Origin: Planctomycetota bacterium
Lineage (GTDB): Bacteria > Planctomycetota > UBA11346
Assembly (NCBI GenBank): GCA_038213805.1
Contig: JBBQSO010000101.1
Coordinates: forward strand, 1 to 18,186
Direction of reading: 5' to 3'
DNA length: 18,186 nt
Every line of letters begins with the position of its first letter. Position 1 is the first letter of the stretch. The notes beneath the pieces were generated by a model, which saw only the letters and a list, made by a program, of their open reading frames with translations, ran no database searches and was not told where the DNA came from. A program made the translations under genes and the position numbers. Below, one piece after another: positions 1 to 6,045 of the stretch.

Positions 1-2
1 CC

Positions 3-647
3 CCCCTCCCGCTCACCGACCTCCACACCGCTCTGACCTGGCGCTATGCGACCAAGAAATACGACGCCGCGCGCAAGATTCCGGCCGCGAGCTGGGCCGC
101 GCTCGAAGAGACCCTGGTGCTCAGCGCCTCGTCCTATGGCCTGCAGCCCTACCGCTTCTATGTCATCGACGACGCCGCCGTGCGCGCCCGCCTGCTGCCC
201 GCGGCCTACGGCCAGACCCAGGTCGTCGAGGCCTCGCACCTGGTGGTCTTCGCTGCCAAGCAGGGCTTGGACGAAAGCTACGTCGAACACTTCATCGCAC
301 GTGTCGCCGAGGTGCGCGGCGTGCCCGCGGACACGCTGAAGGGCTACCGCGACACCATCGTCGGCGATCTGGTCACCGGCCCGCGCCACGCCTGGGTCGA
401 CCACTGGGCCGCCCGCCAAGCCTACATCGCGCTCGGCGACCTGCTCACCAGCGCCGCCCTGCTCGGCATCGACGCCACGCCCATGGAAGGCTTCGTCCCG
501 CCCAAGGTCGACGAGATCCTCGGCCTCGCCGCCGAGGGCTATGCGTCCGTGGTCTGCGCCGCCCTCGGTTACCGCCACGCCGACGATAAGTACGCCAAGG
601 CCCCCAAGGTCCGCCTGCCGGTAAGCGAGCTCATCAAGCACGTCTGA
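3..647 (+). CDS. NAD(P)H-dependent nitroreductase, NfsB/NfnB-like (5'-truncated by the window edge)
   Basis: The frame of ORF 117..647 stays open back to position 3 and reads PLPLTDLHTALTWRYATKKYDAARKIP. It carries the NfsB-type N-terminal RYATKKYD motif, SASSYGLQPYRF, GIDATPMEGF and C-terminal LGYR...KVR. The true start lies upstream of the window. Confidence 0.92.
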   Translation, partial: PLPLTDLHTALTWRYATKKYDAARKIPAASWAALEETLVLSASSYGLQPYRFYVIDDAAVRARLLPAAYGQTQVVEASHLVVFAAKQGLDESYVEHFIARVAEVRGVPADTLKGYRDTIVGDLVTGPRHAWVDHWAARQAYIALGDLLTSAALLGIDATPMEGFVPPKVDEILGLAAEGYASVVCAALGYRHADDKYAKAPKVRLPVSELIKHV

Positions 648-976
648 AACCGGTGAAGAGACGGCGAAAGACGTATGTGGAGGTCGAGCAGAGGGAAGAA
701 AGACAGGACAGCAGAGGAGAAACGCGGAGGATGGGGCTGTAGCCCGCGTTCAGTTCGCTGACCGAACCATCTGGACTGCGAAGGAGATACCGCCTTCGCA
801 GGCTGGCTGGCCGTTTCCCGCACTCCCCTGCCTGCCCCCCTCGCGCTTCCCAAAGTCACCCTGGCCCGGGCCGTGGAACTGTGGCAGAATCCCACATGCC
901 CCGGCATGGCGCCAGGGCATCCTTGACCTGTTGCCCAGGTGCCCGGCTCATGCCGGCGTGGGTGAGGAGAACCGCC

Positions 977-2065
977 ATGTTCCGCATCCACCCCCGCATC
1001 CCCGCTCCGCTGGTACTTGCGCTCGCCGCGCTGTCCTGTGCGCCCGGCGAGCGACTGACCGCCGAAGAGCAGCTCAAGCTGGCGAACGGCGACGTGGTCA
1101 CCGGCGAGTTGGTGAAAGAGACCACGACCACCCTCGACCTGCGCCGCACGCTGCTGGTCAAACATATGGTCAAGGTCTCGATCACCAGCATCCACAAGGA
1201 TCAGATCCTGAGCCGCGCCAAGGTGCCGGACGCGCCCGAGCTCTATAAAACACGCTCCGCTGGCGTGGGCGACAGCATGGAGGAGCAGTGCGCACTCGCA
1301 CGCTGGTGCATTGAACACGTGCTCGTCGACCAAGCGGTGATCCACACCGGCAAGGCCGCCGAGGCGGCGCCCGACAGCCCGATGGTGGCCCGGCTCTACA
1401 CCGACCTCGGCTTCGTAAAGACGCCCGACGGCAAGTGGATGAAGGAAGACGAATACCTCACCCAGACCGGCCAAGTCGACCTGGGCGGCAAGATCATGAG
1501 CCCCGCCGAGGCTGAGGCACGCAAGAGTCTGTACCGCGCGACCAGCGAGCATGACGCCGCGGCCCAGCAGGTGAAAGATCTCCAGTTCGTCGTCGACCAC
1601 TACGGCGAGCGCATCACCGACACACAAAAGAAGCTCGACGCCGCCAAGTCCGCCCAGGGCGAATCCCAGGCCCGCGCCAAGTCCGCGCAGGCCCAGGCCG
1701 AGGCCGCCGCACGGCGCGCGGCGGCCAACAAGGCCCAGAACGGCAACGGGTACGGCAACAATGGCCGGCGCGGTGGTCAGCAGCAGCAGGCCCAGACCTC
1801 CGGCGACCCCGCTGGCGAATATGCCCAGGCCAATACCGATGCCGAGAGCGCCGCGCGCGACCTCGCCACCTGCACGCGCCGCCTCGCGAGCCTGCAGGCG
1901 TCCCTGGAGAAGGCCAAGGCCGACCTCCCCGCCGCAAAGGAGCGCCTGACCAAAGCCGACGCCGAGCTCGACAAGGCCAAGGCCGGCGTGCCCGGAGGCG
2001 ATGCGGCCCACGCCGCGGTCAAGCCCAACGCCGACGCGCCAGCGAAGACCGCTGCCGCCAAGTAG
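977..2065 (+). CDS. Hypothetical exported protein (signal peptide, planctomycete-type LxNGxxxxG / LARWC / LGFVxxxDGKW region, C-terminal coiled coil)
   Basis: ATG at 977 follows GAGGAG (964-969). The N-terminus is hydrophobic (PLVLALAALSC...LTA). Codons are GC3-rich. The Ala/Lys/Gln-rich C-terminal half is interrupted by NGNGYGNNGRRGGQQQQ. Function unknown. Confidence 0.85.
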   Translation: MFRIHPRIPAPLVLALAALSCAPGERLTAEEQLKLANGDVVTGELVKETTTTLDLRRTLLVKHMVKVSITSIHKDQILSRAKVPDAPELYKTRSAGVGDSMEEQCALARWCIEHVLVDQAVIHTGKAAEAAPDSPMVARLYTDLGFVKTPDGKWMKEDEYLTQTGQVDLGGKIMSPAEAEARKSLYRATSEHDAAAQQVKDLQFVVDHYGERITDTQKKLDAAKSAQGESQARAKSAQAQAEAAARRAAANKAQNGNGYGNNGRRGGQQQQAQTSGDPAGEYAQANTDAESAARDLATCTRRLASLQASLEKAKADLPAAKERLTKADAELDKAKAGVPGGDAAHAAVKPNADAPAKTAAAK

Positions 2066-2117
2066 CAGCGGGAAGCGCCCGGCGGATATCCCACAGTTAC
2101 TACGTTTGACGTTTCAG

Positions 2118-2153
2118 CAGCCTGCCGGCAACCCCGGCAGGCTGTTCGCTTTC
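2118..2153 (+). terminator. Putative intrinsic terminator of the 977..2065 gene
   Basis: 11-bp stem CAGCCTGCCGG (2118-2128) / CCGGCAGGCTG (2134-2144), followed by TTCGCTTTC, about 50 nt after the stop codon. Confidence 0.65.
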
Positions 2154-2228
2154 TGCATGTCCGCGCTTCTCTCTGGTCGTCATGTCGGGTGCCCGTTCTC
2201 CTTTTGGCCAGCAAGGCTCCCCCAGAAC

Positions 2229-2263
2229 ACAGCAACCCCCTGGCATCGCCAGGGGGTTGCTGT
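2229..2263. terminator. Strong hairpin between convergent genes, probable pilin (possibly bidirectional) terminator
   Basis: Perfect 16-bp inverted repeat ACAGCAACCCCCTGGC-ATC-GCCAGGGGGTTGCTGT, 22 nt downstream of the pilin stop. Confidence 0.75.
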
Positions 2264-2285
2264 TGAAATCACAAACGCGAAACGT

Positions 2286-3098
2286 TCATTTCACGTGTGC
2301 GAAAATCGAATGACCCTGACCAGGGGTGTAGGTACCGGCCGCGTTGGTGGTGAAGGCGACCGGGGTTCCGGTGCCAGCAGGATCCTCCATGATAGAGGCC
2401 TCGGTCGAGTAGATGTCATCGACCAGTGCGACGTCATCCTTGGCATCGGGATTGGGCACCTTCACGCGCACCGTGGCGCCAAAACCCATGGTGGCATCCG
2501 CGGTGGGCGTGCCCGTTCCGACCTTAAGCGGCTTGGTATGAGAATCGCCAAAACAAGCCACCGACTTGGTGCCTTTGTGCGAGACCACGTCGCGGTCGGC
2601 AAAGACCACGCGCGCCGAACCCGGTTCCGCAGGGCAGGCGAAATCGAAGGCGTAGTTCACCTGGGGCAGGGTGGCACTCGCCGAACCGCTCCAGGTGTTG
2701 ACCAAAGCGATGGTCTCCGAGCGCTTCGCTTTGTTCTGGGGACCTGCGACAGTCGCGCTCGGGCACTTGAAGACGCTGTTGGGCAGCGTCATCACGTCGC
2801 AGAGCACTTCCATGCATGCGTTAGACCACTGCTGGGCAGGAGCGCCAGTCGCAGGAGCGGTCGTGAACCACGGCTGCGGCCACGGAGTCTCTTCAGTGGT
2901 CGCATAGGCGACGCAGGCGCCCATGATCTGGCTCTGGTTCTTCGCGCATTTCGACTGGTTCGCCATTTCGCGGACCATGCCGATGACCGGCAGCAGCATG
3001 CCGGCGAGGATGGCGATGATGGAGATCACCACCAGCAGCTCGATCAGGGTGAAGCCCTGACGGTGCCGCATAGATGTTGAGTGGATGTTGAGGGACAT
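2286..3098 (-). CDS. Type IV prepilin-like protein (N-terminal cleavage/methylation domain; PVC DUF1559 / H-X9-DG-like type), 270 aa
   Basis: ATG at 3098 with AGGAG 7 nt upstream. Class III signal [29 protein letters not shown] with Glu at +5, then [22 protein letters not shown], and [14 protein letters not shown] (variant of the H-X9-DG motif). Confidence 0.93.
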   Translation of the reverse strand: MSLNIHSTSMRHRQGFTLIELLVVISIIAILAGMLLPVIGMVREMANQSKCAKNQSQIMGACVAYATTEETPWPQPWFTTAPATGAPAQQWSNACMEVLCDVMTLPNSVFKCPSATVAGPQNKAKRSETIALVNTWSGSASATLPQVNYAFDFACPAEPGSARVVFADRDVVSHKGTKSVACFGDSHTKPLKVGTGTPTADATMGFGATVRVKVPNPDAKDDVALVDDIYSTEASIMEDPAGTGTPVAFTTNAAGTYTPGQGHSIFAHVK

Positions 3099-3318
3099 GG
3101 CGAAGCTCCTGGGGGTTTCCCGGGGGATGGACACGGCCAAAGGAATGGATTGGCCGAATATCGGAAGATAGACCCTCGGTACGGCTTCACAACCATAGAC
3201 AACCATCCCCCTCAGAGGGTGTCGCACCCGTGTTGTTGGGGACAGTTGGGGGTGTAGGGACCACAAGAGGTCGGAAGTCCAGAAGCCCCGCGCTCACCGC
3301 GTCCACTGACAACGCAGT

Positions 3319-3342
3319 CGCCCTGGTCATAAGACCAGGGCG
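3319..3342. other. Intergenic hairpin between exbD and pilin
   Basis: CGCCCTGGTC-ATAA-GACCAGGGCG is a 10-bp perfect stem. A second hairpin (3372-3394, containing a G-U pair only on the - strand) lies just after the exbD stop. Confidence 0.55.
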
Positions 3343-3403
3343 GACAAGAACTAACCTACCTTTGAGCGTGACTTGACAGCCGCCGGCCGTCAAGCCGGAA
3401 CCA

Positions 3404-4111
3404 TCACTTCAAATGCACTTCTTCGTACAGTTCTTCACCCAGCTCTTTGACGCTGTAATTGCGCACGCGGGGCGGGGCGAAGTTGATCTCGCGCTGCTTG
3501 TCCCACTCCTTGGGGTCGTTACCCATGTGAGCGCCGGACTTCTTCAGTTCGTAGGCGCGTACGCCGTCGTACGTCAGCAGGGCGAACTTCCAGGACAGAC
3601 CGCTGAAGCAGTTGATGACGATGGGGTCCTGCTCCTTGCGGCCGACGCCGGGCTTCTCGCGCTCGCCGCCCAGTTCCGTCTCGATGTAGGTGCTGATACG
3701 GCTGATCTCGGATTCGGCGCCGGCGTTGTTCTTGCCGTTGAGCTTGGAGCCTTCGAGGACGATGCCGCTGCTGCCACCGACGCGCAGGAAGGCGGTCGGG
3801 AAGACGCCGTTCTGGGCGGACAGACGGCTGCGCTCCTGGAGGAGCTTGGCCTGGTACTGCGAGGGCTCGTAGCCGTCGACGAAGCCTTCGGGCAGGATGA
3901 CGATGTTGATCTGCTTGGGCGGGTCGACCGGCGCCTTTGGCGGCGACGCGGACTGGCCCTTGTCGGTGGGCAGCACGCTGGCGATGCCCTTCTCGGGCGC
4001 GGTGAACTTGGTGGTGAGGATGAAGAACAGCAGCAGGAGCATGATGCAGTCGATCATCGGCACGAGGTCGATCTTGCCCTCGTTGATCTTTTCACTCGGA
4101 TCTTCGGCCAT
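3404..4111 (-). CDS. exbD: ExbD/TolR-family protein, long and divergent paralog (235 aa)
   Basis: N-terminal IDLVPMIDCIMLLLLFFILT TM motif with the conserved Asp, followed by a VLP linker. AAGGAA SD upstream. The periplasmic part is longer than in a typical ExbD and lacks the IxAD motif. Symbol is family-level only. Confidence 0.88.
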   Translation of the reverse strand: MAEDPSEKINEGKIDLVPMIDCIMLLLLFFILTTKFTAPEKGIASVLPTDKGQSASPPKAPVDPPKQINIVILPEGFVDGYEPSQYQAKLLQERSRLSAQNGVFPTAFLRVGGSSGIVLEGSKLNGKNNAGAESEISRISTYIETELGGEREKPGVGRKEQDPIVINCFSGLSWKFALLTYDGVRAYELKKSGAHMGNDPKEWDKQREINFAPPRVRNYSVKELGEELYEEVHLK

Positions 4112-4197
4112 GGTCGTTTCCTTGATGCAACTGGTGGCGCCCGGTAAGCGGCGACGGATCGAGCTTCAGCCCCGCGATCAGCGATCGCGGTGGTTGC

Positions 4198-4776
4198 TCA
4201 GTGGTCGCCCGGCTTGCGGGTGGTGAAGACCAGGAAGACGAAGGGCTTCATGGTCGCCGGGGTCGAAACCTTGGGTTTCATCTGGTCGTTGGGATTGATG
4301 GTGTCGCAGGCGATCTGCTGGACCTCCTGCACGACGCGGAACTCTGTGTCAGCGTCGGCGCGGATCTCGAGCACGATCATCGGCAGCTGCAGACCGGAAT
4401 TCTTGGGGTCAGGGAACTTGGTCGCCTGGTCGTAGGCGCGGTCGAGCACGCGGCGTAATGCGATGTAGGACTCGTAGCTGTCCGGGCCCAGCGAGCTGTA
4501 TCTTTGGTTGTTGATGAGGATGGTGTTGCGCGGCGGCGTGCCAGCCTGGGTGCTACCGTAGACGTTGATGACGATGCGCTCCCATTCCTTGGGGTTCTTC
4601 ACTTCCTGCGCGGTGCGCGTCGGTGGCACCGAGATGTCGTTGACGCGCTGGTCCATGGTGATGCGACCGCAGAGCATGAAGAACAGCAGGAGCAGAAAGA
4701 TGCAGTCGATCATCGGGACGAGATCGACCTCGGCATCCGCGTGCTCAAGGCCGAAGCGCTTCTTCTTGTGACTCAT
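4198..4776 (-). CDS. exbD: ExbD/TolR-family protein (192 aa)
   Basis: Start chosen at MSHKKKRF (ATG 4776, AGGAAAG upstream). VDLVPMIDCIFLLLLFFML TM motif and C-terminal VLEIRADADTEFRVVQEV typical of ExbD. Symbol is family-level only. Confidence 0.9.
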   Translation of the reverse strand: MSHKKKRFGLEHADAEVDLVPMIDCIFLLLLFFMLCGRITMDQRVNDISVPPTRTAQEVKNPKEWERIVINVYGSTQAGTPPRNTILINNQRYSSLGPDSYESYIALRRVLDRAYDQATKFPDPKNSGLQLPMIVLEIRADADTEFRVVQEVQQIACDTINPNDQMKPKVSTPATMKPFVFLVFTTRKPGDH

Positions 4777-4895
4777 GATGGCTTTCTTTCCTGGCCACCT
4801 GCGGGCATGCCGGGCGGCATGCCGAGGCGACGGGTCCGGGTTCCGCATCCGTGTGGCGGGCGCGCGCTCAGGCGCACACCGCAGTGGCGAACGCG

Positions 4896-4923
4896 GCCTA
4901 CAGCTGAGGGTTCAGCCGCAGGC
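4896..4923 (-). other. Intercistronic hairpin after exbB
   Basis: On the - strand GCCUGCGGCUGA-ACCC-UCAGCUGUAGGC forms 12 bp including two G-U pairs, which are mismatches on the + strand. It lies 20 nt after the exbB stop and has no U-tract. Confidence 0.5.
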
Positions 4924-4943
4924 GCGCGTCCGCACATCGCGCA

Positions 4944-5672
4944 TCAGCGCGTGCGGAAGTAGTCGAGAACCTCGTTGGTGATGACCGTCGAGTCCAGGGT
5001 GCACTGGTTGACGCGGCCGCGCAGCCAGAAGAAGAAGTAGAGGTTGCCGATGGCGATGACCAGGCCGGTCGCGGTGCAGACCAGGGCCTCACCGATGCTG
5101 CCGGAGAGCATGTTCGGATCCACGCCACCCGGGTTGGCGGACATGGTGAGGAACGACCCGATGATACCGGACACGGTGCCGAGCAGGCCGATGAGGGTCG
5201 CCGAGCTGGCGAACATCGACAGCCAGCCGACCTTGCCCATGTACTTGTTGGTCTCGGCCGCACCGACCACCTCGGAGGCCTCTTTCATGGTGTCGTAGCC
5301 GAAGTCCTTCTTGTCGAGGGCGGCAGCGATGATGTTGCCGAGCATGCTGCGGTCGTTGGCGACCAGGTTGCGCGCGTTCTCGACCGCCTCATCGGTGGGG
5401 CCTTCGGCGAGGATGTTGTGGATCTCGTCGGCGAGGCCGTCCGGGATCAGGTTCTCGCGCTTGATGGTGAACACCCACTGGATGGCCAGCGAGTAGCTGA
5501 CCAGCGAAAGGCCGATCAGCAGGTACTCGACCGGACCGGCCTCGAGGATCAGGGAGATGACGCTCTTCGAGGCCGCAGCGGCCTTCTCGCCTTCCGCGCC
5601 CACGAGCAACCCAGCCGAGGCGAGGCAGAGCAGGGCGAAGACAGGAGCGGAGGAACGGAGGAATCGGCGCAT
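4944..5672 (-). CDS. exbB: MotA/TolQ/ExbB proton channel family protein (242 aa) with N-terminal signal/extra hydrophobic segment
   Basis: ATG 5672 with AGGGAGA SD. Motifs LIGLLGTVSGIIGSF and SIGEALVCTATGLVIAI correspond to ExbB/TolQ TM2 and TM3. It lies directly upstream of two exbD-like genes. Symbol is family-level only. Confidence 0.92.
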   Translation of the reverse strand: MRRFLRSSAPVFALLCLASAGLLVGAEGEKAAAASKSVISLILEAGPVEYLLIGLSLVSYSLAIQWVFTIKRENLIPDGLADEIHNILAEGPTDEAVENARNLVANDRSMLGNIIAAALDKKDFGYDTMKEASEVVGAAETNKYMGKVGWLSMFASSATLIGLLGTVSGIIGSFLTMSANPGGVDPNMLSGSIGEALVCTATGLVIAIGNLYFFFWLRGRVNQCTLDSTVITNEVLDYFRTR

Positions 5673-5739
5673 GGGGTCTCCCTGATGGGTGGCGATCGCG
5701 GACCGGCCGCGGGACGTCCTGGGTTCGATGGTGGGGCGG

Positions 5740-5768
5740 AGTATGGTCGGGACGACTACCTGCGGCAA
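5740..5768 (-). promoter_or_regulatory. Candidate sigma70-type promoter for exbB-exbD-exbD
   Basis: On the - strand: TTGCCG (5768-5763), a 17-nt spacer, then CATACT (5745-5740), about 67 nt upstream of the exbB ATG. Confidence 0.4.
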
Positions 5769-5913
5769 GCCAAGCACGCATGGTCAAGAATTTTGTGTGT
5801 CACCAGCGGACTGCGCTCAAGTGGCTGGAGCGCCGCGATTTAGGGCGCGAAGGCCGGTTAAACGCACGGCGCTTGGAAAGGTTCATTGGAATATTTCCGC
5901 GCGTTTCCAGAAG

Positions 5914-5946
5914 GTCCGGAAGTCCGGGGTCCGGGGTCCGGAAGTC
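5914..5946 (+). repeat. Short tandem repeat array GTCCGGAA/GTCCGGG (8,7,7,8 nt plus a partial unit)
   Basis: Direct reading: GTCCGGAA GTCCGGG GTCCGGG GTCCGGAA GTC. It is inverted relative to the 6050-6086 array. Confidence 0.8.
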
Positions 5947-5999
5947 TCGTGGGGCACCGGTCTTGACCAGATGGCGGCGCTGGCCTGGAGTCCCGGGTC

Positions 6000-6045
6000 A
6001 GCCTAAAACCCGCAGACCCAGAGGATAGGACCGCGGTTTTAGGCT
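6000..6045. other. Inverted repeat overlapping the lysS stop codon (possible terminator or 3'-end structure)
   Basis: AGCCTAAAACC (6000-6010) / GGTTTTAGGCT (6035-6045), 11 bp. Confidence 0.5.

Noticed and set aside
675..761. 28-codon small ORF MWRSSRGKKDRTAEEKRGGWGCSPRSVR
   Set aside because: No SD and atypical codon usage; nothing supports translation.
569..2011. 480-aa ORF on the - strand
   Set aside because: Antisense shadow of the 977..2065 gene caused by GC-rich codon bias; no recognisable motifs.
2001..3080. 359-aa ORF on the + strand
   Set aside because: Antisense to the pilin and runs through two terminator hairpins; no protein-like features.
3122..3211. Possible tRNA or c-di-GMP riboswitch upstream of the pilin
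   Set aside because: Cloverleaf-like, but there is no T-loop (TTCRA), D-loop or 7-nt anticodon loop, and no recognisable c-di-GMP-I/II consensus. Kept only as an unknown structure.
3099..3266. N-terminal extensions in the ORF track (pilin to 3266; also exbD to 4848, exbB to 5777, secretin 1 to 15568, the 624-aa gene to 17989, and the + gene from 881)
   Set aside because: Downstream ATGs have good SD sequences or stop/start overlaps and place signal peptides or TM segments at the N-terminus.
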